Shown here piece after piece: positions 8,493-17,842 of a stretch of 56,006 bases of DNA (positions within the stretch are counted from its first letter, which is position 1; the number at the start of each line of letters is the position of its first letter). The notes beneath the pieces were generated by a model. That model was given only the letters and a program-made list of their open reading frames with translations. It made no database searches and was not told the DNA's origin. A program made the position numbers and the translations under genes. The stretch comes from an uncultured Pseudomonadota bacterium (lineage in GTDB: Bacteria > Pseudomonadota > Gammaproteobacteria > Ga0077536): NCBI GenBank assembly GCA_902551695.1, contig CACDEI010000004.1:1-56006 (forward strand), read 5' to 3'.

Positions 8493-9416
8493 TTATCGAC
8501 CTACCTCCAAGATGAATTTTTCCGTAATTGGCACACCAAGAGGCGCCACTTGAAGAAACAAATGATAAATCCCCTCATTAGGGAAAGTATATCTCAGAGG
8601 AACTAAGGGTCCAGGAAAAACTAATTCGCTCTCTCCGCACATGAGCTCAACTAAAGCTGCCTGCAACTGACTGGGAGATATTCTGCTATTTCCCTCCCTA
8701 CTACTAATTTGATTTAAGAGGTTTTCCATTTTGGGAGTAAAACTGTGCAGGTGTCCGAAGTCCCGCAAATCATCGCGCCAAACAGCACCATGCAGCTCAG
8801 AACCCAAGAAAGTCTGTAAATTCGAAACAGGCAAACCTTCTCGCTCTATCAAAAGACTTAGCTCAACCTCCTCTCCTGGATAGATTTTATCTGGGCTATC
8901 TAGTCTTAATTGATATCCCGAGGTATTTAGAATCCCCATATCAATATCCTTAGGATCATCAGAAAGATTAGTAACGGACAAGGAGAATGATTTATGCCAA
9001 ATCCTATTAAAATGCACAAATTCAACTACCAGACGGTACAACCCTGATCTATTAAAAGTGTGCCTAGCGAGATATTCACCCCCCACAATTTCCTCGTCTC
9101 CTGCTTCTCCTAAAATATGAACATGAGCAAAATACTCTAAGCTCTCATCGGTGATAAAAATATGCATAAGTCGCTCATGAGCAGTTTGGAGGGTATTGAT
9201 AGACTCACCAGTTCTAGAATCAACCAATTTAAAAGTCATATCAATTGGAGAACCGGCTACCCATTCTGCACCTCCAGTTGAGAGGGTCATGTTGTAGGGA
9301 CCCCCTCCCTCACCAACCAGATGACCAGCTCTCGAGGTACATCCTGAATACAAAAAAAATAGCCCTAAAAAAAGTAAAAGCCAAGAATCAATAAATTTTT
9401 TTCCTACTTGCTTCAT
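8493..9416 (-). CDS. hypothetical lipoprotein with an internally duplicated His-motif domain
   Basis: ATG 9416 gives MKQVGKKFIDSWLLLFLGLFFLYSG/C (lipobox). Two homologous modules end in LMHIFITDESLEYFAHVH...YRLVVEF and ELHGAVWRDDLRDFGHLH...YHLFLQV. Confidence 0.55.
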   Translation of the reverse strand: MKQVGKKFIDSWLLLFLGLFFLYSGCTSRAGHLVGEGGGPYNMTLSTGGAEWVAGSPIDMTFKLVDSRTGESINTLQTAHERLMHIFITDESLEYFAHVHILGEAGDEEIVGGEYLARHTFNRSGLYRLVVEFVHFNRIWHKSFSLSVTNLSDDPKDIDMGILNTSGYQLRLDSPDKIYPGEEVELSLLIEREGLPVSNLQTFLGSELHGAVWRDDLRDFGHLHSFTPKMENLLNQISSREGNSRISPSQLQAALVELMCGESELVFPGPLVPLRYTFPNEGIYHLFLQVAPLGVPITEKFILEVGR

Positions 9417-9554
9417 ATTGGCAAACGCCACTAATGTCTTGGTTATTTTCCCAGAATATAAGAATATCAACTCAATTTTTATACGAAAGTACTTAGCTAA
9501 AAGATACACTGTTAAAGTAGCATTTGTAACAGATTCAACAGGGGAAAGCTAAAA

Positions 9555-10202
9555 ATGGAGCAATCTACGTTAAACCTACTTGGTCATCTATCTTTTTTTA
9601 TGACCAGCATCTCTTTTTTAATGAAGGACATGATTTTACTTCGCTCTTTAGCCATCGTCTCTTGTGGACTGGGAATAGCATATAATTACCATGTTGTGTC
9701 AAACCCCTTGTGGCTGGTAATTTTCTGGTTATCACTTTTTTTGTGTATCAATATCTATCAAATTGGCAAAATTGTGATTGGCCAAAAACCGATAAAGTTA
9801 AATGAAAGAGAGAGAACAATGCATGGTAATAGCTTCGGTTCTTTTTCAGCTTATGAATTTAAAAACCTCTTAGATCTTGGCGAATGGGAGAGCGAAACAG
9901 AAGGCACTATTCTGACTACAGAAGGGGAATCTGTAAGAAAATTATTTTTTATCTACAGTGGCGAGGTCGAGGTGACTAAGAAAAACCAAGAGATCGCTCG
10001 ACTCAGCGCCGGTTCATTAGTCGGTGAAATGTCCTTCCTTAGACAAAAAACAGCCTCGGCCACAACGAAAATAACCAAGGAGACTATATTTTTTTCCTGG
10101 CCTCACAAAAAACTTAGAGCCCACTTATCCCGAAATCCCATGATGAAAGTAGCTATGATGACTGCTCTAAACTCGGACCTTTTAAAAAAGCTAGCAGATT
10201 AA
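9555..10202 (+). CDS. membrane protein with three N-terminal TM helices and a C-terminal cyclic-nucleotide-binding (CNB/CAP-like) domain
   Basis: Hydrophobic segments LLGHLSFFMTSISFLM, LAIVSCGLGIAYNY and LWLVIFWLSLFLCINIY. The CNB core is ILTTEGESVRKLFFIYSGEVEV...AGSLVGEMSFLRQKTASATTKI. Confidence 0.8.
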   Translation: MEQSTLNLLGHLSFFMTSISFLMKDMILLRSLAIVSCGLGIAYNYHVVSNPLWLVIFWLSLFLCINIYQIGKIVIGQKPIKLNERERTMHGNSFGSFSAYEFKNLLDLGEWESETEGTILTTEGESVRKLFFIYSGEVEVTKKNQEIARLSAGSLVGEMSFLRQKTASATTKITKETIFFSWPHKKLRAHLSRNPMMKVAMMTALNSDLLKKLAD

Positions 10203-10320
10203 GCTCACGGCGCCACTTTAAAGCGAGCTGAATCAAAGATATCATTACTTGAGCTGTTTGCTCCAAAGACTTTCCCTTATAATCAGAAATAGCATAATCA
10301 AAGATTAAGACTGAACTATT

Positions 10321-11661
10321 ATGAGCACAGACATTCAAGAAAGAGCAACTTTTAAACTATGTGACTACGACTTAAAGGTTCAGGACTACCAGCAGATCCT
10401 GGTTTGGGCGAAAGAACTAAATAGAGATCCGGAGTATATTTTCGAAAAGCTCGAAGACGCAGAATATCAGGCTTTCGAGGGTGATACTCTCAAATTAGAG
10501 ATAAAAGGATCTGCGATAGTCACCCTTGTCTGGGATTTTAACGAGCTTCCCTTGAACCACTTTCAATGGATAGATGATCTTTCTATTGCTAACATCGTGT
10601 TCAAAAACGGATCAGGAGATGAGGGCCTGTTTCTTAATTTACCGGCCTTGCGGAGGCTGTATTGCCCAGAAAATAGACTTAAACAATTAGAGTTAACAAA
10701 TACTCCGGAGCTTCGACTTCTAGATTGCAGTGAAAATGCACTCACCTCTTTGTCCTTAAGCAGCAATCAAAAATTAGAGATCCTTCGATGTAACGGAAAT
10801 AAATTGAAAACGTTACCCGTACCGTCACTTAAAAACTTGACCGAACTGAATTTCAGTAACAACCCTAAGATTAAACAGCCGAGTTTGGATGCCATTCCAA
10901 ATCTAAGCCATCTCGGGTGTAGCTCCTTGGATCTCACCAATTTAGATCTATCAGGTTTGATAAACCTTAGTTACCTCGATTGTCATAACAACAAACTTAA
11001 AGAGATTGATCTATCTGAAACACCAAACCTCACCTGGTTAGATTGCAAACACAATCGCATTACGGAACTCTCTTTGGAAAAAGCCCCAAGCCTAGCCGGT
11101 CTTGACTGCAAAGGGAATGAACTGACTACCCTAGGTTTGGAATACACCTCGAATCTAACTTGGCTCGACTGCGGAGAAAACCAACTTAAAACGCTAAATC
11201 TGACGCGACAAAAAGAGCTTACGTGGGTACAGTGTCAAGGAAATAAAATAAAAAATATTTTAATAGCTAAAGACTCTGAGCTTAGGGAATTGCTGTGCTC
11301 TCAAAATGAGCTTGAACGTTTGGATATAGAAAATGCCCAACTATTAAATGAGCTTATCTGTTCGCAAAATAAGCTCACGAGTTTGAACATATCTAGCAAT
11401 CCAGTGCTGGGTCATGTTGATTGTAAAGAAAACAAAATAACAGAAATAAACTTATCATATGCTCCAGAAATCACCTTTATGAACTGTTCTAAAAACAGAC
11501 TACATGATCTCAATTTATGGGAAGCCCCAAAAATTAAAACATTAGATGTTACTGTTAATCCGATAGATGAAATAGACATTCGAGGGATAGACAAAATCCT
11601 TCGCTTGTTGATCGACCCATGCGTTAATGTAAAACATAGACATGACCAAAAAGTCACTTAG
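10321..11661 (+). CDS. leucine-rich repeat protein (about 15 tandem 21-residue LxxLxCxxNxLxxLxL repeats) with a ~100-aa non-LRR N-terminus and no signal peptide
   Basis: Repeats such as LSYLDCHNNKLKEIDLSETPN, LTWLDCKHNRITELSLEKAPS and LTWLDCGENQLKTLNLTRQKE. The N-terminus MSTDIQERATFKLCDYDL is not hydrophobic. Confidence 0.85.
   Translation: MSTDIQERATFKLCDYDLKVQDYQQILVWAKELNRDPEYIFEKLEDAEYQAFEGDTLKLEIKGSAIVTLVWDFNELPLNHFQWIDDLSIANIVFKNGSGDEGLFLNLPALRRLYCPENRLKQLELTNTPELRLLDCSENALTSLSLSSNQKLEILRCNGNKLKTLPVPSLKNLTELNFSNNPKIKQPSLDAIPNLSHLGCSSLDLTNLDLSGLINLSYLDCHNNKLKEIDLSETPNLTWLDCKHNRITELSLEKAPSLAGLDCKGNELTTLGLEYTSNLTWLDCGENQLKTLNLTRQKELTWVQCQGNKIKNILIAKDSELRELLCSQNELERLDIENAQLLNELICSQNKLTSLNISSNPVLGHVDCKENKITEINLSYAPEITFMNCSKNRLHDLNLWEAPKIKTLDVTVNPIDEIDIRGIDKILRLLIDPCVNVKHRHDQKVT
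10633..11580 (+). repeat. tandem 63-nt (21-codon) coding periodicity of the LRR array (approximate bounds)
   Basis: Protein-level repeat register read directly from the ORF translation; about 15 units. Confidence 0.75.
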
Positions 11662-11735
11662 TAAGGCAGTGTGTTTAAATGAACGTAAAGTAACTCTGCT
11701 CGTGAACCGGTATATTACCTAATGGATGAACTCGC

Positions 11736-12245
11736 ATGCTAGCTAAATACTTTACGGTGTCTAATACTAAAGGTTTTACGCTTTACGAGCTAATGATAGG
11801 CCTTGCTATTGGTGGGGTGCTAATTGGAATAGGACTACCAAACCTCAATCAGTTCCTAGCGGCCCAAAAAACTAACACACAGGTAAACGAACTAATAAAC
11901 ACTATCAAAGAGGCCAAGGCCACCGCTGTTACTTTGAACACGCAAACATTGATTATCCCGACTGCCGGAGATTATAGCAATGGTTGGCAAATGGGTCTCG
12001 ATACAGATAGTAATGGCGCAATTGACACCGTGATGCGGGTATCTCTTGATGCTGAACAGTTACAATTCGCCTCAAGTCCCGACATGATTTTTACAGACGG
12101 AGGACGAATAAATCCGGTACAAATTTCGATAACCCCAATCGCATGTCACAATACACGAAACCCTCGAAGAGACATTAATATTGCGCTTGTTGGACATATT
12201 GATATTATAAATTGTAACTGTAACGCTGGACCACCATGCCCCTGA
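11736..12245 (+). CDS. fimU: type IV pilus minor pilin, GspH/FimT/FimU family
   Basis: Prepilin leader MLAKYFTVSNTKG/FTLYELMIGLAIGGVL with Glu at +5. First gene of the minor-pilin operon. Confidence 0.8.
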   Translation: MLAKYFTVSNTKGFTLYELMIGLAIGGVLIGIGLPNLNQFLAAQKTNTQVNELINTIKEAKATAVTLNTQTLIIPTAGDYSNGWQMGLDTDSNGAIDTVMRVSLDAEQLQFASSPDMIFTDGGRINPVQISITPIACHNTRNPRRDINIALVGHIDIINCNCNAGPPCP

Positions 12246-12682
12246 GACCAAAAGATAAATCTGAAGGTTTTACGCTAGTCGAATTTTTGGTTGCCTTGTT
12301 AGTCTTTGCAATAGGTATCCTAGCTTTAACCTCACTTCAAATCTTTGTTTTAAGAAGTGATATCAGCGCCCACCATCAGGCACAGGCGGTGCAAATTGCG
12401 TACTCTATGATGGACAGACTGAGAAGTAATAGATCTGCTGCAATGGCTGGCTCTTACAATATACCAAATGCAGCCGCTATCTCTGTTGGCGATGGCAACC
12501 CCCCTTTAGCGGATGATGATTTAGCTGATTGGAATGCAAATGAGCTGAGTCTATTACCTAATGCTGATGCCATAATAAACTGTACTACTTCGGGAAATTG
12601 TACTATCACCATATCTTGGAGCGACGCCCAAGGAGATCCCAACGTACCGACTCCAACCACAACACTAAGCGGAAATATTTAA
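12236..12682 (+). CDS. pilV: type IV pilus minor pilin PilV
   Basis: Leader MPLRPKDKSEG/FTLVEFLVALLVFAIGILAL. 148 aa, overlaps fimU by 10 nt, canonical position. Confidence 0.8.
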   Translation: MPLRPKDKSEGFTLVEFLVALLVFAIGILALTSLQIFVLRSDISAHHQAQAVQIAYSMMDRLRSNRSAAMAGSYNIPNAAAISVGDGNPPLADDDLADWNANELSLLPNADAIINCTTSGNCTITISWSDAQGDPNVPTPTTTLSGNI

Positions 12683-12685
12683 ACG

Positions 12686-13786
12686 ATGAGGCCTAATCCC
12701 CAAAAAGAAACCGGATTTACCTTGATCGAATTAATGATCGTTGTGGGCTTAAGCAGCTTTATGCTTCTAGGAATTATTCAAGTGTTTTTAGCTAATTCCC
12801 AAAACTTTAGGTTTAGCACCGCATTTACAAGGATGCAAGATAATGGACGCCTAGCCTTGGAAGAAATGTCCAAGGATATAAGAATGGCGGGATATACTGG
12901 ATGCGCCAGTAGGAGACAGATAGCTATCAATAACGTTGCCAATAACAATCCACCAGATATCTCAACTTCTCAACATCTTCTCGGCTTTGACAATGGTACG
13001 GGCTTTAATCCACCCGGTGCACCGATTCGCGACAGTTTTGCTCAAGCACTGACAATCTGTGATGCTGCATTCGGGAACAATGCTACCTGTAGAGTGAGTG
13101 ATGTATTACAAATAATTCAGAGCTCCCCTACGATAGGGGTTACCACAGTTTCCATGGCAAGTACTAGCGACGACATTACCATTAGTTCCGCCGATATTAC
13201 CTCATATTTTCCGGGGATAGCCGTTAACGGCACTCCTCCTCTTCAAGAAGACCTAATGCTCATCACAGATTGCCAACGAGCGGATCTTTTTCGCCTAACA
13301 GCTGTCACAGGCACGACTCTTACGCCAAATGCAAACCTGCAACATAGCTACTCAGCCGATTCCTTTGTGACACCAATTATAGGCTCCACCTATTTCCTCG
13401 CAACAGATAGTAAAGATAGGAACAATGACGGTGCAATTGATCCTATCGCAACGTTGTACCGATTAGGTATTGTAGATCAAAATTCTACGCCTGCTGCTGT
13501 ACCTATCGCGAGAGGTGTTGAATCGTTGCAGTTTCTATACGGAGAAGACATCCAAGGAGATGAATTTGCGGATATCTATCGTGCTTCCGCTGCTGACGTG
13601 ACAGACTTTAATCGAGTAGTTAGCATTAGAATAGGACTTCTAATTAAAAGCGAAACAGATTTCTTAACCGATTCGCCTGTCGCCGTCAATTTTTTAGGAG
13701 ATAATTTCAATACTGGGGCTGGCGCAGACCGCCGCTTGAGATTACAATTTTTCACTACTGTCGGATTACGCAACAGAGTGCCCTGA
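12686..13786 (+). CDS. pilW: type IV pilus minor pilin / assembly protein PilW
   Basis: Leader [29 protein letters not shown]. 366 aa, canonical position after pilV. Confidence 0.8.
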   Translation: MRPNPQKETGFTLIELMIVVGLSSFMLLGIIQVFLANSQNFRFSTAFTRMQDNGRLALEEMSKDIRMAGYTGCASRRQIAINNVANNNPPDISTSQHLLGFDNGTGFNPPGAPIRDSFAQALTICDAAFGNNATCRVSDVLQIIQSSPTIGVTTVSMASTSDDITISSADITSYFPGIAVNGTPPLQEDLMLITDCQRADLFRLTAVTGTTLTPNANLQHSYSADSFVTPIIGSTYFLATDSKDRNNDGAIDPIATLYRLGIVDQNSTPAAVPIARGVESLQFLYGEDIQGDEFADIYRASAADVTDFNRVVSIRIGLLIKSETDFLTDSPVAVNFLGDNFNTGAGADRRLRLQFFTTVGLRNRVP

Positions 13787-13787
13787 T

Positions 13788-14297
13788 ATGAAAAACACAC
13801 AAGAAAGAGGGATGGTATTAATAATATCGCTTGTAGTGTTACTGATTTTGACTATCCTGGGAACAGCCGCGATGAAAACCACGGTTGTCGAAGAGCGATT
13901 GACTGGTTTTACGCGCAGTAAGCAAATATCTTTTGATAGTAGCGAAGCGGCCCTCAGAACAGGTGAGTCAGTTGCAGACAATCTGCCGCTCGGATCAGCA
14001 TTCGGGGTATCTGGACTCTTCGCCCCTAACCCAACCTCGCCTGTTTGGCTTGATAGCAGCCTACTAGCTTCGTGGGTAACGCTAACTCCAGGTACAGTTA
14101 CTGGCGTTAACCAACAGCCCAGCTATATTATGGAATTAACCGGCGCCGTCCCACGGGATGACAACTGTGCTCTGGATGTAGACGCTAGTGCAAATCAAGA
14201 TTGTTGGCGCTACAACTATAGAGTCACAGCACAAGGTTCTGGCTTAAATACTCAAACTAACTCCATGGTCCAATCTACTCTCCTATCGAGAAAATGA
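13788..14297 (+). CDS. pilX: type IV pilus minor pilin PilX
   Basis: PilX_N-type N-terminus ERGMVLIISLVVLLILTILGTAAMKTTVVEERL. 169 aa, starts 2 nt after the pilW stop. Confidence 0.75.
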   Translation: MKNTQERGMVLIISLVVLLILTILGTAAMKTTVVEERLTGFTRSKQISFDSSEAALRTGESVADNLPLGSAFGVSGLFAPNPTSPVWLDSSLLASWVTLTPGTVTGVNQQPSYIMELTGAVPRDDNCALDVDASANQDCWRYNYRVTAQGSGLNTQTNSMVQSTLLSRK

Positions 14298-14340
14298 GAA
14301 TCAAAAATGTACAGCAGAAAGTTCCAATGAGACCTACATT

Positions 14341-17300
14341 ATGAAAAAAATTTTGTTTCCTCGAGGTAGCGTAAAGCACTTCGTTGTATTGTTAACACTC
14401 TTCTCACTATTTTTAATCAAAAACGCATTTGCTGTTTTTACTATCCCTCCTAAACCATTATTTTTGGCCAACGACGTCCAAGCAAATATCTTTTTCGCTT
14501 TGGACGACTCCGGCTCTATGGACTCTGAGGTATTAAACACCGATGAGGCAAATGCGGCCCTTGAGTCTCTCATTCCCTTCAATTCTATTTTCGGAGCTGT
14601 ATTAGGTCTCTCTCAGCTCAGGCTCATCGATCTCTCCCCTGACGAGTGGTTTATGGATCTGGACCTATGTCCCGCCTACAACCTAATGACCTATGACCCA
14701 GCTCAAACTTATACACCGTGGTCAGGAGTGAATAATTCCAGCGTGGCTTATGCTGATCAGAGCATCTCGTCGGCCTTAAATAATCCATTCAATCCCGCGG
14801 AAGGAAGCACCAATTTACTGAACATCTTTGACGAAAGAATCGGCCAATTTTCTAATAGACCTGCCTGGTACAGCACGTTTGTTGATAATGGTTCGTGCCG
14901 CACTGACCTCGCCTGGAATAACGCTTTTAATTCCATCTCCCAAGCAAGAAGTCCTGACGGTGAAATGCAACTTTGTGAATGTTTAAGTGCACCAGTAACT
15001 GCCACTTTTTATCGCGATCGATTTGATTTTATTGAATCCAGTGGAGATTCACGATTCTTCAGAGTGGACGACCTGAGCTCTTCAGAACAAACCAACTACG
15101 CGAATTGGTTTACCTACTATAGAAAACGCGAATACGTAATGAAGAGAGCCATGTCACAATTAATTACGACTTCCCAAGCGAGAATGGGCCTTGCCACTCT
15201 GCAAAACAATAATGGTGTCGGAACAGCGATCACCGATATGACGAACCCAAGCAATAAAAATAATCTTATGGCAAATCTTTTTCAGATAACGCCCTCAGGT
15301 GTTACACCCCTTAGAACCACATTAAGAGATGTTGGAAGATACTTTGATACCACCGATAGCGCTTCACATTCGGCCTTGGGTTTTGATAATGCCAGCCCAA
15401 TTCTTTCACAAAGTGAGGGTGGGGAGTGCCAGCAGAATTTTAATGTACTTTTCTCAGATGGCTTCTGGAACGGGGCAAATCCTTCTGACATAGGGAATGA
15501 AGACGGAGATGGAAATAGTGATTTCGACGGTGGTCCTCATGGCGACCTTGTCTTTCCAACACTAGCCGATGTCGCAATGAAATATTATGAAAAGGACTTA
15601 TCTACCACACTGGAAAATAATGTGCCGACGATCACAGGCGTTGACGAGAATTCGGCACAACACTTAGTCACCTATACGGTCTCCTACGGCCTAAATGGAA
15701 CCTTAAGTGGCATACCTGCAAATCATGATCCTTCTACTCCTCCTCCTCCTTGGCCAACGCCAGCGGCCGATTCAGAGACCACCGTAGACGATATGCAGCA
15801 TGCAGCTTTTAACGCGCGAGGGCTATATCTTCCTGGTCAAAATCCACAACAACTGATTGACACACTGTCTGCGGCTTTAGCCGACATTGGTAGTCGTACC
15901 GGGTCTGCTTCGGCTGCTGCCTCAACCTCGCAATCAGTAAAAACTGATGCACTTATATTTCAGGGCACCTTCAATAGCGAGGACTGGTCGGGTACATTTT
16001 CTGCCTTCCCAATCAATACAGAGGGCGTGATTGGAGCAGCTCAATGGGAAGCCTCACTTCTAATTCCCATAGAAAGCAGCAGAAAAATTTTCAGTTTCGA
16101 TAAAAGTGCATCCTCGCCAAGTGGCATCGAATTCCAATTTAGTCAGCTATCTTCAAGCCAAAAAACCACTATAGGGCCTGATGCTGAAAATATAGTCAAC
16201 TACATCAGAGGCAAGAGATCTCTGGAATTAGCACAAGGTGGCACAATGAGAAACCGAAACTCCCTTTTGGGAGACATTGTTCATTCAACACCGGTAGCTA
16301 TTACTGGCGCACAAGCCAGCGCCCCATTTGATCAACTCCCCGGTTTAGAAGGAGGTTCTTATAATACTCATCTCGCCACCAAATCAGGAATAACTGATAC
16401 CGTTTTTGTTGGCAGCAACGATGGGATGTTACACGTCTTTGACGCTAACAGTGGAGAAGAAGTAATGGCCTACGTACCGGAAGGGGTTTTTGGAAAACTC
16501 TCCTCACTTACCGATCCCACCTATGATCATGACTTTTATGTCGATGGAGTTTTAACCGCGAGTGACGCTTTTATAGGAAGCGTTTGGAAGAATGTTGTTG
16601 TCGGAACTCTAGGAAGAGGCGGGAATACGATATTTGCTATTGACACTGCTAATATCAGCTCGCCTACGACGAGTAACATTTTATGGGAGTTTGCGGACCC
16701 CGAAATGGGCAAAGTTATCGGCAAACCTCAAATCGCTCGACTTAATAACGGTTCTTGGGTCGTGGTTATTGGCAATGGGTATAACAGTTCCTCTGAAAAG
16801 CCAGAGCTTTTCATTATTGATCTAGCTAGCGGTACGTTATTGAAAAAAATTGTCGCAGGCTCCACAGGAGAAGAGGGAAATAATGGGCTGGGCACACCCT
16901 TAGTTGTAGACACAAATGGCGACTTCATTGCCGACTCGGCCTATGCGGGCGATTTGAAAGGGAACCTATGGAAATTTGACCTATCTTCAAGCAGTGCAGA
17001 TTCTTGGACTGTTGCAATGGCTAATATTCCACTTTACAAAGCAGTTTCCCCATCTGGTACCGCCCAGCCTATAACAACGAAACCAATAATCGCTAGCCAC
17101 CCTCAAGGTGGTTTTCTCATTTTATTTGGAACGGGAAAGTTCTTCTCTCAAGGCGATGAAATTGTAGATAGTGGGTCTGAAGGAGGCGTAGCAGTCAATT
17201 CGTTTTATGGAATAAGAGATAACGGCTCACCAGTTTCTTCAGTTACGAGCAGGGCTCTACCACCTAATGGACAACCAAACTCCATATTACAACCTCAGTC

Positions 17301-17832
17301 AATACTTAGTGAGAGTAGCCAAACGATAGGTACAGAGACATCAAAAATAAGGATCACTTCAAATAACAGTGTTGACTACTCAAGTCAAAATGGTTGGTAT
17401 ATGGATTTAGTAGTAGGAAGCGTCGGACCAGCCGGAGAAAGAGTAATAGCAGACCCTCAAATACGAACTGCGCAAACTAGTGCACTCCTGCTATTTAATA
17501 CCTTCGTTCCTGGAGGATCATGTCAAAGCGTGGGTGGATCGTCGGCGTTGATGGCAATTGATGCCCTTACAGGATCTCGCACATCATTTGCAGTGTTCGA
17601 TCTAAATAATGATGGCACAATAGATAGCTCCGATAACGATCCTAGCAGTGGCTTGGCGGTATCGGGTCGGGTGGGAGAACAGTCGGTCTCGGCGGTAACC
17701 GTAATATCGAGCGGCGATGCAACCGAAAGTTACGTGATCCAATCCTCCACACAATCGGTTAATCCCACCGTTAGTACTGTGACCGGCGCGAGTACTAGTT
17801 TAGGAAGACAATCTTGGCGTCAGTTACAGTAG
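14341..17832 (+). CDS. pilY1: type IV pilus tip adhesin / assembly protein PilY1 with an N-terminal vWA domain
   Basis: 1163 aa with a signal peptide. MIDAS-like DDSGSMD (nt 14503-14523) and a later FSDGFWNG. The C-terminal PilY1 propeller region has DTNGDFIAD...AGDLKGNLWKFDL (nt 16909-16935). Confidence 0.85.
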   Translation: MKKILFPRGSVKHFVVLLTLFSLFLIKNAFAVFTIPPKPLFLANDVQANIFFALDDSGSMDSEVLNTDEANAALESLIPFNSIFGAVLGLSQLRLIDLSPDEWFMDLDLCPAYNLMTYDPAQTYTPWSGVNNSSVAYADQSISSALNNPFNPAEGSTNLLNIFDERIGQFSNRPAWYSTFVDNGSCRTDLAWNNAFNSISQARSPDGEMQLCECLSAPVTATFYRDRFDFIESSGDSRFFRVDDLSSSEQTNYANWFTYYRKREYVMKRAMSQLITTSQARMGLATLQNNNGVGTAITDMTNPSNKNNLMANLFQITPSGVTPLRTTLRDVGRYFDTTDSASHSALGFDNASPILSQSEGGECQQNFNVLFSDGFWNGANPSDIGNEDGDGNSDFDGGPHGDLVFPTLADVAMKYYEKDLSTTLENNVPTITGVDENSAQHLVTYTVSYGLNGTLSGIPANHDPSTPPPPWPTPAADSETTVDDMQHAAFNARGLYLPGQNPQQLIDTLSAALADIGSRTGSASAAASTSQSVKTDALIFQGTFNSEDWSGTFSAFPINTEGVIGAAQWEASLLIPIESSRKIFSFDKSASSPSGIEFQFSQLSSSQKTTIGPDAENIVNYIRGKRSLELAQGGTMRNRNSLLGDIVHSTPVAITGAQASAPFDQLPGLEGGSYNTHLATKSGITDTVFVGSNDGMLHVFDANSGEEVMAYVPEGVFGKLSSLTDPTYDHDFYVDGVLTASDAFIGSVWKNVVVGTLGRGGNTIFAIDTANISSPTTSNILWEFADPEMGKVIGKPQIARLNNGSWVVVIGNGYNSSSEKPELFIIDLASGTLLKKIVAGSTGEEGNNGLGTPLVVDTNGDFIADSAYAGDLKGNLWKFDLSSSSADSWTVAMANIPLYKAVSPSGTAQPITTKPIIASHPQGGFLILFGTGKFFSQGDEIVDSGSEGGVAVNSFYGIRDNGSPVSSVTSRALPPNGQPNSILQPQSILSESSQTIGTETSKIRITSNNSVDYSSQNGWYMDLVVGSVGPAGERVIADPQIRTAQTSALLLFNTFVPGGSCQSVGGSSALMAIDALTGSRTSFAVFDLNNDGTIDSSDNDPSSGLAVSGRVGEQSVSAVTVISSGDATESYVIQSSTQSVNPTVSTVTGASTSLGRQSWRQLQ

Positions 17833-17842
17833 GGGTTTAGTC

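Noticed and set aside
9509-9532. CTGTTA-N12-TAACAG inverted repeat in the divergent region upstream of the cNMP-binding gene, considered as a CRP/FNR-type site
   Set aside because: CRP/FNR sites have 6-bp spacing and TGTGA/TTGAT half-sites. A 6-bp arm in AT-rich DNA is weak evidence.
10633-11580. 63-nt periodicity that could be mistaken for a repeat array
   Set aside because: The periodicity lies within one long ORF and is conserved at the amino-acid (LRR) level, not the nucleotide level. It is not a CRISPR array or satellite.
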